From: Candidatus Cloacimonadales bacterium
Lineage (GTDB): Bacteria > Cloacimonadota > Cloacimonadia > Cloacimonadales > JAIOQZ01
Assembly (NCBI GenBank): GCA_963662655.2
Contig: CAXXTU010000002.1
Span: 672,001 to 736,000 of the forward strand
Direction: 5' to 3'
Length of the DNA: 64,000 nt
In this document: in pieces, positions 34,820 through 47,318 of the stretch
Position numbering within the stretch: position 1 is the stretch's first letter
Layout of the letters: every line of letters starts with the position of its first letter
Translations under genes and position numbers: made by a program
Notes under the pieces: generated by a model
Database searches by the model: none
What the model saw: the letters and a program-made list of their open reading frames with translations, nothing else
Told to the model about the DNA's origin: nothing

Positions 34820-37774
34820 TTACTGGCGGATAACCACCACTGTGAGCGGCTCCAGGATCATCTTGTTTTTCGATACGACCTCGAATCCGGTCGGATCGTA
34901 GATCGGATCGGTTCCGGCCTTGTCGTGGTCCACGATCACTTCGCCCTTGGTGAGATCGACGTTCGAAACGAATTCCCGTTTGCGGCTGTCGCAGTTCACG
35001 ATCACGTGATACTGCGTACCGTCGGTTGCCTTGCATGTATAAGCGATCAGCAGGTCGTTCGGCTTGATGCTGCTGCTCTGGATGCGCTTCACGTTGCGGG
35101 ATACGAGGTCGGCCGAACCAAGACGGAAAGCGTCTGTGGAGCGGCGGAGCTCGATCAGGCCGCGCGTGTATTTCATGGTCAATTGTTGCATGCACGGTTT
35201 TTCAACCTTATCCCAGTCGATGCGGTTGATGATATCCGACGAATCGTAGGAATCGTGAATGAACCAGGGGTGATGGAATCCCGAGACCATGGTGCCCTTG
35301 TCCTGCGGTTTTCCGTCCGCGAGCCACTGCTTGGTTCTTCCGTATTCCTGACCCGCGTGCAGGAAGGCGATCCCCTGGCTGGTGAGAACGAGCGCGTTCC
35401 CGAGCCTGATACGCTGCTGGATATTGTATTCGTTCTGCAGGATTGCCGGGTCTTTCTTTATAGATTGCGCGATCACGTCGTGCAGGGTGAGGTTATCGTG
35501 CGCGGCGATGTATTGAACCACGTCGCCCGGGTCATCCGCCTTGGAATTGCCCGGCCTGCCGATGAGGTTGTTGAAGATCACCTTGATGCTTCGGGCTCCC
35601 CCTGTGATGAAGCGAGGCTGGCCTTCGCTACCGAAACCGGACTTCAGTTCGTTACGCAGTTCGTCCGAGAAACATGCCGCCGCGTCCGAATGGCTCATCC
35701 AGTCCTGGTCCGCAGGAACGCGATGGTCGCCGTCGTCGCCAACGTACGTTCGCCAGCCTTCACCAACGAATACCATGTTCGGATTCAAAGCGGATGCCTG
35801 ATCGAAAGCCATCTGAACGGTCTCGGCGTCCAGGTCTCCCATCAGATCGAACCGGAAGCCGTCCACCTTGTACTCTTTCACCCAGTAGACAATTGAATCG
35901 ATCACGAGCTTGCGTGTCATGGCGTGGGTGGTTCCCAGGCGTCCTCCGCCGTAGCTCGATTTGGGGTTGCCGGACGCGTCCATGAAGTGGTAGTAGCCGG
36001 GGACAATGTCCTCGAAGATGGAGATTTTCGCGGTATGGTTGTATACGCAATCGAGGATCACGCCCATGCCGCGCTGGTGAATCGCGTCGATGAGTTCCTT
36101 CAACTCCGTGATGCGCGATTCGGGGTTGTCTGGATGCAAGGAGTACATCCCCTCTGGCGTGAAATAGTTATGAGGATCGTAGCCCCAGTTGTAGTTGTTG
36201 CCTTGCGATGAGTACTCGAGCTCGCGCACGCCGTTCTTCATCTCGTTGCCGAAATAGTAGTTCATGACAGGCAAGAGCTGAATATGGGTGACGCCCAAGT
36301 CCTTCACGTAGTCGAGCTTCTCGATCATCGCCTTGTAGGTTCCGAACTGCGCTTGCGTCTGGATATCCGGGTCGGAAGTGAAATCCCGCACGTGGATTTC
36401 CCAGATGATCGCGTCTTCGCGCTTTGTGTATCCGGGAATCGAGGCATAGGTAAGTTCCGGGCCGATGATTGCAGGGTCCACAACGGCCGCTTTTCCTACG
36501 GGATCGGAGCCGTCGTTGGCGGCCATCGATTTTGCGTACGGATCGAGAACGGTCTTTGTTTCACCGTTGTTGGTTACGTCGAAGGAATAGTATTGATTGC
36601 GAAGGTCGCCCGGCACAATTCCCTGCCAGACGCCGCTTTTCGTGAGTCCCAATTCGATGCTCTGTGTCGGCTTGGTGTCGTTGCCCTTGTTGAACAGATT
36701 GAGCAAGACCTTTGATGCGAGCGGCGCCCAGAGCTTGAAGGTCGTCTTCTGCGGCGTGTAGAAGCAGCCGAGTTCGCCTTCGTAGGCGTAAACGCCGTCG
36801 ATGCTCTGCCATGACACGGAGGTCGCGGCTTCCATATCGCCGCTTCGGATGAGATAGGAACCTGCAACGCTCAGCGAGGCATTTGTCGTGACGATGCAAA
36901 CGTTCTCCTCCGGCCACTCGGTCTTGACGATCGCCAGTGAACGATCGTCCTCGAAAACCTGAACCGGCTGGTCGTTCTTCATGCGGAACTCGACGCGGAT
37001 TTCGTTGTCCCCGGCGAGGGTCGCTTTGATTATTTTGTTTCCCATATTCTTCTTAGCTTCCTCGAAGTTGGTATAAGCTGTCGCGTCTTCCGTGACGCAC
37101 CATATTTCCCTGTTGCGCACCGGACTTGGGTAATAACGGTCACCATCGGGATCTTTCTGATCTCCTTTGTGGATGATGAATTTTATGTTACCTGCGCCTC
37201 TGAAGGGGATATCCCAGTAAACGCCGTACTGCGATGTTCCCGATGGGGAAAGAGGTTGATTCCAGTCAACCGTTTTGCCGCCAAAGCCGGTGCCCCAGGC
37301 GTGAAGTCCCCAGCCGGCATAGTCATTGTCGAATCGGAAGTAGTTAAGCTTCAGGGTTCCGGGAACGAGGTCCGCTGACGAGATTGCTCCGATGAAATTT
37401 TCTTCGGCTTCCTGCCGCGATAGATAAGCCATCGGATCGTCCGTTACGGTCCAAATTTCCTTGTTCAAGGCAGGGGAGGGGTAGGTGCGGTCACCATCGG
37501 GGTCTTTCTGATCGCCCTTATGGATGATGAACTGGATGCCGCCGGTTCCCTTGTAGGGGATTTCCCAGAAAACGCCGTAATCGGTGGTGCCGGCAGGCTG
37601 GAGCGGTTTTCCCCAGTCGATCGCCGTTCCATCGAAGCCATCGCCCCAAGCGTGCAGGCCCCATCCGCTATAATTGGCGTCGTCGCGATGGTAGTTCAGC
37701 TTCAGCATTTCCGCCGCGAACAGATTGACGGATAGCAGAAATATAATAGCGTAAAGCAACCAATGTTTTCTCAT
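34820..37774 (-). CDS. Secreted pullulanase (GH13) with two N-terminal CBM41-like repeats
   Basis: Signal peptide; duplicated WGLHAWG...FIIHKGDQKDPDGDR; YNWGYDP, VYNHT, GFRFDLMG, GEGW, AAHDN. Confidence 0.9.
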   Translation of the reverse strand: MRKHWLLYAIIFLLSVNLFAAEMLKLNYHRDDANYSGWGLHAWGDGFDGTAIDWGKPLQPAGTTDYGVFWEIPYKGTGGIQFIIHKGDQKDPDGDRTYPSPALNKEIWTVTDDPMAYLSRQEAEENFIGAISSADLVPGTLKLNYFRFDNDYAGWGLHAWGTGFGGKTVDWNQPLSPSGTSQYGVYWDIPFRGAGNIKFIIHKGDQKDPDGDRYYPSPVRNREIWCVTEDATAYTNFEEAKKNMGNKIIKATLAGDNEIRVEFRMKNDQPVQVFEDDRSLAIVKTEWPEENVCIVTTNASLSVAGSYLIRSGDMEAATSVSWQSIDGVYAYEGELGCFYTPQKTTFKLWAPLASKVLLNLFNKGNDTKPTQSIELGLTKSGVWQGIVPGDLRNQYYSFDVTNNGETKTVLDPYAKSMAANDGSDPVGKAAVVDPAIIGPELTYASIPGYTKREDAIIWEIHVRDFTSDPDIQTQAQFGTYKAMIEKLDYVKDLGVTHIQLLPVMNYYFGNEMKNGVRELEYSSQGNNYNWGYDPHNYFTPEGMYSLHPDNPESRITELKELIDAIHQRGMGVILDCVYNHTAKISIFEDIVPGYYHFMDASGNPKSSYGGGRLGTTHAMTRKLVIDSIVYWVKEYKVDGFRFDLMGDLDAETVQMAFDQASALNPNMVFVGEGWRTYVGDDGDHRVPADQDWMSHSDAAACFSDELRNELKSGFGSEGQPRFITGGARSIKVIFNNLIGRPGNSKADDPGDVVQYIAAHDNLTLHDVIAQSIKKDPAILQNEYNIQQRIRLGNALVLTSQGIAFLHAGQEYGRTKQWLADGKPQDKGTMVSGFHHPWFIHDSYDSSDIINRIDWDKVEKPCMQQLTMKYTRGLIELRRSTDAFRLGSADLVSRNVKRIQSSSIKPNDLLIAYTCKATDGTQYHVIVNCDSRKREFVSNVDLTKGEVIVDHDKAGTDPIYDPTGFEVVSKNKMILEPLTVVVIRQ

Positions 37775-37827
37775 ATCGTAACTCCTTTCCGTATTAAAAG
37801 AAACGGAATAGTTTTTCAAGTAATTTA

Positions 37828-39111
37828 TTAACTCTTTGGCGAGTCGCTATCAGCTTTTTCTCTCAAGTATTTTTCTATGATATCGATTTCCTGTTCTCGT
37901 GTGGAAACGCCGTCATCGATCCTCTTCATATAGAGAAGGTCGAGCAAGTAACCGAGGTCGGGGCCCAGCTCCACGCCAAGATCGAGGAGATCGCCGCCGT
38001 TGAGAATGATCTGATTGTCCCGATGGGTTTGAATGTAGTCAAGAATAACCTTCTTATTCAGCTTGCTTTGCAGGAACCACAGCGCTTCCGGTATAAGCGA
38101 GCGCATGACGAGCGCAGCCTGGCCGTCTGTCATACGCGCCCATGTTGTTTCTGAAAGAAGACTTAGATTCTCAAGCTTGCGCGCGGTTCTGGCGTATATC
38201 CCAGGCATGCGGAGCTTCCCGGAGATTCTGTCCCGGGCATGTTCCGGCAGGTGAGCGGTCAATGCCAGAAGGTAAACGAGCCAGCTCTTCCACCTGTGCT
38301 TGGGGAATTCATTTCTGAAGGGACTTCTGAATGCCTGGACATTCTCGATGACCTTTACAATGTCATCGCTCAGGACAAGATCACGGTCAATGTGTTTGAG
38401 GATTTCAAATCTATCGAGCAATCGGAAGAATAATTCCGGCTCATCTTCCATGCTTCCCTTTTCCAGCTCTTGAAAGATGCGCTCGCCCGAGACCGTATTC
38501 AGGGCGTTGTCGTTCACGGCGTGGCGAAGGTATTGGAGTGTTTTGCTATCGATATCGAAGCTGAAACGGGTTGCGAAGCGGACGCAGCGGAGTACGCGCG
38601 TCGGGTCGTCGATGAAGCTTTTTTCGTGCAGGAAGCGGATGATGCCGTTCTGGAGGTCGAACATCCCCTCGAAGGGATCGTACAGCCTGCCGAAATCCTC
38701 CGCGTTCAGAGACATCGCCATCGCGTTGATGGTGAAATCGCGACGGCGGAGGTCGCTGCGGAGGTCGGAGTTGGTTACCACCGGCAAAGCGCCGGGGACT
38801 GGGTAGCCTTCCACACGGGCGGTGGTTACGTCGACGTGGACTTGTTCGGGAGTGATCATCGTGGCGGTGCCGAAGCGTGGGAAGCAGTAGTATGCTCCGC
38901 CATTCTCGTTCACGAAACGTCGCGTGAAGGTAATGCCGTTGCCTTCGATGGTGATATCGATGTCCGAAAGCTCTCGTTCGAGGATCAGGTCGCGCACAAT
39001 CCCTCCGACCGCGAATGTTCGCACATCGAGGCTTGCGCCGTGCGCGCCGATTTTCTCCAGCAATTCCAGCGTTGCTTTCGGGATGAGGTCCGTCAGGTAT
39101 CCATTATGCAT
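37828..39111 (-). CDS. cca: CCA tRNA nucleotidyltransferase / poly(A) polymerase family
   Basis: VGGIVRD, DIDI, DLRRRDFTINAMA, SFIDDPTRVLR.VRF. Confidence 0.85.
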   Translation of the reverse strand: MHNGYLTDLIPKATLELLEKIGAHGASLDVRTFAVGGIVRDLILERELSDIDITIEGNGITFTRRFVNENGGAYYCFPRFGTATMITPEQVHVDVTTARVEGYPVPGALPVVTNSDLRSDLRRRDFTINAMAMSLNAEDFGRLYDPFEGMFDLQNGIIRFLHEKSFIDDPTRVLRCVRFATRFSFDIDSKTLQYLRHAVNDNALNTVSGERIFQELEKGSMEDEPELFFRLLDRFEILKHIDRDLVLSDDIVKVIENVQAFRSPFRNEFPKHRWKSWLVYLLALTAHLPEHARDRISGKLRMPGIYARTARKLENLSLLSETTWARMTDGQAALVMRSLIPEALWFLQSKLNKKVILDYIQTHRDNQIILNGGDLLDLGVELGPDLGYLLDLLYMKRIDDGVSTREQEIDIIEKYLREKADSDSPKS

Positions 39112-39901
39112 AATAAAGCATCTTCTCAAGTATTTCGAGAGCGTTCCACCTCAATGTCTTGTGCAGGTTTTCTTCCGCGTGCAGCCGCACGATTCGATTC
39201 ATCGTGCGGAAAATATTCGCGGGTATTTCTATCTCGTCAAGGTAATTACCGATGATCGGGATCTTTTCGATTAATTGGCCGGTTGGGACATCGATGTCGA
39301 TCAGGTATCCCTCCATCGCCGGTTTGTAGCACGATCCGCAAATCATTCCGTGCAAGCGGGGATAGTAAGCCACCAGATGGTTTCCGGTCTGCTCGCACAT
39401 GGCGCAGGAGGAGAAATCGAGCGGAACGCCCATCAGCCGGAACACGGCCAGGATGAATCGCCAGTATATCGCGATAACGTTCCTGTTGCACTCCGGGACG
39501 TAGTTGAGGTAATCGAGGAGCAGGCTGTAAAAAATCTCGTGATCGTCCTCCTCAATCATCATCTGCATGATCAATTCGAACGCGGCCTGAATGACGACGT
39601 TCGCGTAGGGGTCGCCATGAAAATTCCTGATGAAGCTCCCCGAGCGGTAGTACCACCACTTCGATTCACCGGTCTTGTACAGCGTCAATTCGAGCTGGTT
39701 GCCGGGCTCGATCAGTCCGGTGTTCTTGTTGTTCTCTTTCTTGATTCCCTGCGCGATTACGGGGATGATACCCAGGTTTTGCGAAAGGACATCCAGCATG
39801 ACACTCGACTCCTTGAGCGGTCTGCGAAACAGAATCACGCCTTCAGTCACGTACAGCCGTTGCCTGTCGTCCTTCTTCGTCCACGCGCTCGATTGTGTCA
39901 T
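39104..39901 (-). CDS. recO: DNA repair protein RecO
   Basis: N-terminal OB fold TEGVIL....KESS; CAMC...CGSC zinc motif; 265 aa. Confidence 0.75.
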   Translation of the reverse strand: MTQSSAWTKKDDRQRLYVTEGVILFRRPLKESSVMLDVLSQNLGIIPVIAQGIKKENNKNTGLIEPGNQLELTLYKTGESKWWYYRSGSFIRNFHGDPYANVVIQAAFELIMQMMIEEDDHEIFYSLLLDYLNYVPECNRNVIAIYWRFILAVFRLMGVPLDFSSCAMCEQTGNHLVAYYPRLHGMICGSCYKPAMEGYLIDIDVPTGQLIEKIPIIGNYLDEIEIPANIFRTMNRIVRLHAEENLHKTLRWNALEILEKMLYYA

Positions 39902-39914
39902 GATATCTCTTTAT

Positions 39915-41753
<1,839 letters not shown>

Positions 41754-41755
41754 AG

Positions 41756-43834
41756 TTAATCTCCTTCAGTGAGTTGTCGAAACTCGGGTGCGACTCTCGG
41801 GTTCAGCTTCATGAACGCGTAAAGCAGTCCCGCGAATACAACCGCGAGGATCGAGAGCGTTACCCAGGATATCTGCCCGTTGGTGAAGAGCAGGTTATAG
41901 CCGGGAAGGTTCTCGCCGTATTGCAGCAGTAGCACGACGATGAAGTTGTTCATGAAATGTGCCAGCATCGCGATGAAGAAGCTTCCCGAGCGGACCATCA
42001 GGAACGCGATCCACATGCCCAGCATCGAAGCCGGCAGCAGGCGGAACGGATCCAGATGCATGATGCCGAACATCACCGACGAGATGATTACCGCGGCCGG
42101 TATGCCATACTTGCGGAATACCCTGAACATGTATCCGCGATAAACGAATTCCTCGCAGATGCCGGGCAGAACAGCCACAATCAGGATTTTCATCCAGAGG
42201 GAGGAGCCGTTCATGCTCATCATCTCCGAGAAGCGCGAGATATATTCTTCCGGAATGGGGTAGATCATGTTGATCGTTTCCACCACTTTTCCGGCGAAAA
42301 GATACGCGGGCAATGACATCAGGGCAACCAGCAGGAAATTGAGCGGGTTGGTGCCCTGCATCTTGAATGTCTTGGGGATGTCGACCTTCCCAACGCGGAG
42401 TATCAGGTATGTCGGCAGGAGGAACAGCAACAGGAGCGTCTTGATCAGCCCCATCGCCGGATCCTTGGCCTGCCACGAACCGCCGATGTAGAAAAGCGCC
42501 AGCAGTTGCAGCACGAAGATCAGAAAGGCGAAACCGGGCTGGAAGATGTTCTTCTTGTTCTTGCCCCAGAATTTCATCGTCTTTTCCTCTTCCACGCGGA
42601 ACAGGATGCCTTCGCGATTGAACAGCTTGACTGTCACGAAGATCATGACGATATCCAGCACGAGCGTGGAGCTGACGGTCACCAGGAAATTCACCATGCT
42701 GAACTGATCGAGCATGATTTCCTTGAAGAGCAGCGCGATGTTGATGATGGGGATGATGGCGAAACCGATATTCAGTTCGACGCCCGGAAGCATACTCACG
42801 AACGACATCAGGATCGTGATCATGATCACGGGGGAGAGGTAGGTGTTGGCTTCGCGCATGTTGCGGGAATAGGTCGAGATCGATATGAGGATACCCGAGA
42901 TCAGCGTGATCAGCGGGATCATTGCCAGGAAGATGAGCGAGAAATTGGATATCGGAAGCTGCATCTCCGACATGTTCAGTCCCGCTTGCGCCATCATGTG
43001 ACGGATGGAAAGGTACATGCTGAATAGGTTGAGGATCACAGAAACGAATTCGAAAGTCATCACGGTGAGGTATTTTCCAATGACGATCTCCGTGCGGTTG
43101 GCTGCGCTGATGAGCAGCGTCTCCAGGGTTCCGCGTTCCTTTTCGCCGGCGATGATGTCGGTGGCGATCACCGCGCCGCTGCTGACGGTGAGGATGATCA
43201 GCAGGTAGGGCAGGAACCTTCCAACCACCAGCCCGAGCATGCGCTGCGAGGACGCGATGTTCTCTGAATCGACCTCGATCGCCTCCAGGATTTCCTCCGA
43301 GACTTTAATCGCCTCCAGACGGTGCCCGACGAGCTGTTTCTCGGTGTCGCTCAGGATCGTGGATACCCTCCCGAAGCCTTCGGAGCTGCGGTCGTCCGCC
43401 TTGTCGTAGATCACCCGCACGGGATAGATGGGGAATGATCGTTTGTTACCGAGCGAGTCCTCTTCCTGCTTTTTGATGATGATCACGGACTGGAAGAAAC
43501 GGTCGTTCAACCGGGCGCGGAAATCATCTTCGGTAAGGAGCGTCGCGTCGCTTTGATCGACGTCTCTTTTGGGATAGATGTCGAACGACTTGTCGTTGGC
43601 GAAAGCATTGTAGATATGCTGTGAAAGCGTGTCCCTGACGGTATCGTGGATGTACATGCGTACGGTTTCCGCATCCAGCTTTTTCTCCTGTCGCATCATG
43701 AGCGACGAGAAAAGGATCATGATGATGGGGTAGAACACGATGGGAAGCATGATCGACGTAATGATGGTCCTGCGGTCCCGCAGGAGGTCTTTCAGTTCCT
43801 TCTTGTATATGGTGAAAACTTTATTCGCATTCAT
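41756..43834 (-). CDS. NatB-like ABC-2 permease fused to a CPBP (Abi/CAAX) intramembrane protease domain
   Basis: KKELKDLLRDRRT, AGEKERGTLETLL; C-terminal PGICEEFVYRG...FGIMH...AHFMNN. Confidence 0.85.
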   Translation of the reverse strand: MNANKVFTIYKKELKDLLRDRRTIITSIMLPIVFYPIIMILFSSLMMRQEKKLDAETVRMYIHDTVRDTLSQHIYNAFANDKSFDIYPKRDVDQSDATLLTEDDFRARLNDRFFQSVIIIKKQEEDSLGNKRSFPIYPVRVIYDKADDRSSEGFGRVSTILSDTEKQLVGHRLEAIKVSEEILEAIEVDSENIASSQRMLGLVVGRFLPYLLIILTVSSGAVIATDIIAGEKERGTLETLLISAANRTEIVIGKYLTVMTFEFVSVILNLFSMYLSIRHMMAQAGLNMSEMQLPISNFSLIFLAMIPLITLISGILISISTYSRNMREANTYLSPVIMITILMSFVSMLPGVELNIGFAIIPIINIALLFKEIMLDQFSMVNFLVTVSSTLVLDIVMIFVTVKLFNREGILFRVEEEKTMKFWGKNKKNIFQPGFAFLIFVLQLLALFYIGGSWQAKDPAMGLIKTLLLLFLLPTYLILRVGKVDIPKTFKMQGTNPLNFLLVALMSLPAYLFAGKVVETINMIYPIPEEYISRFSEMMSMNGSSLWMKILIVAVLPGICEEFVYRGYMFRVFRKYGIPAAVIISSVMFGIMHLDPFRLLPASMLGMWIAFLMVRSGSFFIAMLAHFMNNFIVVLLLQYGENLPGYNLLFTNGQISWVTLSILAVVFAGLLYAFMKLNPRVAPEFRQLTEGD

Positions 43835-44588
43835 CTTCATCGCCTCCTTCGCATTTACTCTGTTCCACATGGAAGATGAAGATATCGTCGAGGTCCTGCT
43901 TGCCGGTGGCTTCCTTGAGTTCGCCCCAGGTTCCTTCCGCCAGGAGTTTCCCCTTGTGGATCATCACGATGCGGTCGGCGATGCGCTCCGCTTCCCGCAT
44001 GATGTGCGTGGAGAAGAGGACGCATTTTCCGTCGTCACGGCATTTGCGGATGAACGAGACGATGTTGGATGCGGTGAGGATGTCCAGCCCCGAGGTCGGT
44101 TCGTCGAAGATCATCACGGGGGGATCGTGGATGATGGAACGGGCGATGGAGACCTTCTGCTTCATTCCGGTGGAGAGGAAGTCGATGCGGCGATCGAGGA
44201 AATCGTGCATGGAGAGGAAATCCGCCATGTTGTTGATGCGCTGATCGATGGTGTCGTCCGGGACGTCGTAGAGTCGCCCGAAATAGCTGATCATCTCTCG
44301 GGCCGTCAGGCGTGCGTAAAGTCCCGTGTCGCCGGAGAGGAAGCCGAGGTTTCTTCGGACGTTCCTCGGATCGGACTTGGTGTCGAAGCCTTCGATACTC
44401 GCGGAACCGCTGGTGGGCTGCAAGATGGTGGAGAGCATTCGCATGGTGGTGGTCTTCCCAGCGCCGTTGACTCCGACCAGCGTTACGATCTCTCCCTTTT
44501 CCACATGGAAGGAGAGCTGATCGACGGCGTTGAAGGTTTCACCCTTCTGTTTCTTGAATTCCTTTGTGAGATTTTTAACCTGAATCAT
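43821..44588 (-). CDS. NatA-like ABC transporter ATP-binding protein
   Basis: GVNGAGKTT, LSTGMKQKVSIAR, FDEPTSGLD, FSTHIM.EAE. Confidence 0.9.
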   Translation of the reverse strand: MIQVKNLTKEFKKQKGETFNAVDQLSFHVEKGEIVTLVGVNGAGKTTTMRMLSTILQPTSGSASIEGFDTKSDPRNVRRNLGFLSGDTGLYARLTAREMISYFGRLYDVPDDTIDQRINNMADFLSMHDFLDRRIDFLSTGMKQKVSIARSIIHDPPVMIFDEPTSGLDILTASNIVSFIRKCRDDGKCVLFSTHIMREAERIADRIVMIHKGKLLAEGTWGELKEATGKQDLDDIFIFHVEQSKCEGGDEDECE

Positions 44589-44792
44589 GAACAATCCTTG
44601 TGTTGATTGATGAATAATTTCCTGTAACGAATTTATTTTTCACACATTTTTTTGTTGACGCCATTCTATGCTTCTGTGAAATATATAGTTGCGAGTGACA
44701 TGAATTCCTTATGGAATTCAGGCGGATTTCTGTCGACGGATGGAAATCCGCTTTTTTACACTTTGCTTTTCAATAATCTGTGGATGAACGAG

Positions 44793-45407
44793 TTACTCTT
44801 CTTTGCCTTTGCTTTCCGATTCTTCCTTATCGTCGTCGGTGTAGAAGAATCCCTCGATCTCCCATTTCATCCCGAGCGGGAAGTAAATCTTCTCCGACAC
44901 CGTGATCGCCAGACTCAAGGCAAGGTAAATGAACAACCCGAACTCGAATTCCTCCAATATCTCGCCGGGAGCAGGCATGTTGCCTTTCGTCGCGAAGGCT
45001 ACGATGACGAAAAGCGCGTACGCCACGGCTCCCATGAGGGCAAAAGGGATGCTCTTCAGACGCATGGCGTTGGGACGCATCCAGAAGATGTCCAGAATCA
45101 AGCCGCTTGCCAGGAATAATCCGATGAACGTCACGTACAGCGGCAGGGCGTTGCCCATAACCTGCATGAGAATGAATGCGACGGCCGCTCCCAGCACGAT
45201 TGATACGATCACGATGACCGTCCGCGAGAAGAAGCGTGCCACTGCGTATAAAACGGGAAGCGTTACACCCAGTATCAGCAGTTCGAAGCCTTTGATGGCC
45301 CCGGAGAATATATCCATGTCGATCACGAGCCCGGCCAGATAGGAGACGATCAGCGAAAGGGCTGTGGTTATCAGCAATACGAACAGGCGAAACCATTGAT
45401 TCTTCAT
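44793..45407 (-). CDS. Hypothetical integral membrane protein
   Basis: About six hydrophobic segments; GAGG RBS. Confidence 0.7.
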   Translation of the reverse strand: MKNQWFRLFVLLITTALSLIVSYLAGLVIDMDIFSGAIKGFELLILGVTLPVLYAVARFFSRTVIVIVSIVLGAAVAFILMQVMGNALPLYVTFIGLFLASGLILDIFWMRPNAMRLKSIPFALMGAVAYALFVIVAFATKGNMPAPGEILEEFEFGLFIYLALSLAITVSEKIYFPLGMKWEIEGFFYTDDDKEESESKGKEE

Positions 45408-45419
45408 CGTAACCTCTCG

Positions 45420-47318
45420 TTAGTTCACGAACTGCCAGTACAGGGTAAAATTATAGTGCGTATCGCGCGCGAGATTGTCAAACAGGTTTTCCTCGCCGGT
45501 CAGGTTGTACGCCTCCAGGTTGATCTGGAACTTTTTCGTGATCTGGATGCCGAACCATCCGTCCAGCATGCGCGTCATGGGGATTTCCTCTCCGAGCCAG
45601 TTGGTGTAATCGGTTGTGTACAGATGCCTGAAGCCAAGCTTGAGCGCGTTGTTGTGGTGGACATCGTAGGCGAATTCGAGCTCCGTACTGCTCTTGAGGG
45701 CTGGAAGCTCCACGACCTCATCCGTGTCGCGGTACTTGATCTTCGAGCTCAGGAGGATGGTGAGACGGCTGATATCCGCCTGGATCCGGGTGAAGAGGTC
45801 CACGCCGGGAACATCGGGTGTTTTCTCGTTGTAGTTCGTGAGGTATTCTGCGACTCCGATATTCTTGAATTCAGATTGCGTGAAGCGCCAGTCCAAATCG
45901 AAATGAAGCCGGGAGAAACGCTTCTTGAAGCCGATTCCACCAAACCAGCCTGACTCCGTGAATTCGTAAAACCGGTTCCCGTACTCCTGACGGTCCCTTT
46001 CCACGCGGTACCCGGCGAACACCGAAAGCGTGTCGCCCAGCGCGATCCGGAAGGATTTCAGCGGATCGTAGCCGTCCTCGCGAAGAAACATTGCCTGCGT
46101 GTGGAACCTGTAGATATCCAGATGATGCTCCGCCATCCAGGAATCGTGCTCGAAGTCCCGTGATTGCGCGGTGATGTCGAAACGCTGGAAGAAGAGGCTG
46201 TCCCCCGCGTGGAGAACATAATAGCCGCTGGTGTCGTCAATCTGGTCTTCGGGATTGTTGTCGATCCGGTAAACCTTGCGCTGGTATTTGTATCCCACAT
46301 CGAGCCAGGGATTATCCCAGAAAATGCTGTGATCCCAAAGCCTTTCGTTTACCATCTCTTCACGCTGCGGCTGATAAACCTTCTCCAGCTTTTTAGACGA
46401 GATATCGTGATTGAAAATGTCGTTATCGAAGCGTATATCACCCAGAGAGGTATGCCAGGTAAGATGCGTGAGGAAGTCGCCGGTATGCTCGCTCTCCTCG
46501 AACATCTTTCCTTCGTACGCCATGTACTTCAGGTTGATATCGACAGGATCGAGTCCGAGAAATTGCCCTTTCCTGAAATTCACGTAGGCATGGTTCATCA
46601 GGTTGTCGCCGGTTCCGAGTTGCGCCTCCGCAAGTGCGACAGGGCAACGGTATTCGGAAACCTGAAATCGGTAGAAATTATCCACGCCTCCCACAGGATA
46701 GATCGTTTTCATCAATTGCAGCGCGTGGGCTCCGCTGATGGGGAGTTCGGACTGGATGAAGCCGTTCCTCGTGTAATAAACGGTTGACTGATATGGCGCA
46801 TACAGGTGGAGATTTTCCTGAGCGTACACCTCGCGCGTATCGCGGAAACGATTCAGATAATGCTCCCTCATCTCGCCGAGATTTTCTTCGACGATCTCTT
46901 TCAGCTCCGCGATGGTCATCGATGTGTCGACAATCACGGATTCATCCACCGAAGAATCCGCCCCAAGCAATACCACGTTGACGATGATCTCCGATACGAT
47001 TGGCTCGCCGTTTTTCATCGCCGGCGAGAATTTCCAGTCCGAAAGACTGGCAATCACGAGGGTGTCGAGGATCCCTTCGCCCGGAACGCTCACGGGAATA
47101 ACGTTTCCGAGCGTGCTGTCTGGCAGTACCTGGACGTTCAGGATCGCGATGCGTCCATCAAAGACCTGGTGCTCCGGTTCTTCAAGCATGCATGGATTCT
47201 GCAGGATCGCTTGCGCTTCGAACGTTAGTGAATCGTCGATTCGTACATCTTCCTGCGAGAAAAGCAGAGCTGCGGTCAGTAAAAGTATTGCTACAACCAG
47301 TTGTTTTCTATATACCAT
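45420..47318 (-). CDS. Putative outer-membrane beta-barrel protein with N-terminal TonB-C-like segment
   Basis: Signal peptide; WKFSPAMKNGEPI; C-terminal amphipathic strands AYNLTG...YNFTLYWQF. Confidence 0.6.
   Translation of the reverse strand: MVYRKQLVVAILLLTAALLFSQEDVRIDDSLTFEAQAILQNPCMLEEPEHQVFDGRIAILNVQVLPDSTLGNVIPVSVPGEGILDTLVIASLSDWKFSPAMKNGEPIVSEIIVNVVLLGADSSVDESVIVDTSMTIAELKEIVEENLGEMREHYLNRFRDTREVYAQENLHLYAPYQSTVYYTRNGFIQSELPISGAHALQLMKTIYPVGGVDNFYRFQVSEYRCPVALAEAQLGTGDNLMNHAYVNFRKGQFLGLDPVDINLKYMAYEGKMFEESEHTGDFLTHLTWHTSLGDIRFDNDIFNHDISSKKLEKVYQPQREEMVNERLWDHSIFWDNPWLDVGYKYQRKVYRIDNNPEDQIDDTSGYYVLHAGDSLFFQRFDITAQSRDFEHDSWMAEHHLDIYRFHTQAMFLREDGYDPLKSFRIALGDTLSVFAGYRVERDRQEYGNRFYEFTESGWFGGIGFKKRFSRLHFDLDWRFTQSEFKNIGVAEYLTNYNEKTPDVPGVDLFTRIQADISRLTILLSSKIKYRDTDEVVELPALKSSTELEFAYDVHHNNALKLGFRHLYTTDYTNWLGEEIPMTRMLDGWFGIQITKKFQINLEAYNLTGEENLFDNLARDTHYNFTLYWQFVN

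Noticed and set aside
37140..37700. Internal DNA repeat in the pullulanase gene as a mobile or diversity-generating repeat
   Set aside because: Explained by a tandem carbohydrate-binding module duplication; no reverse transcriptase nearby.
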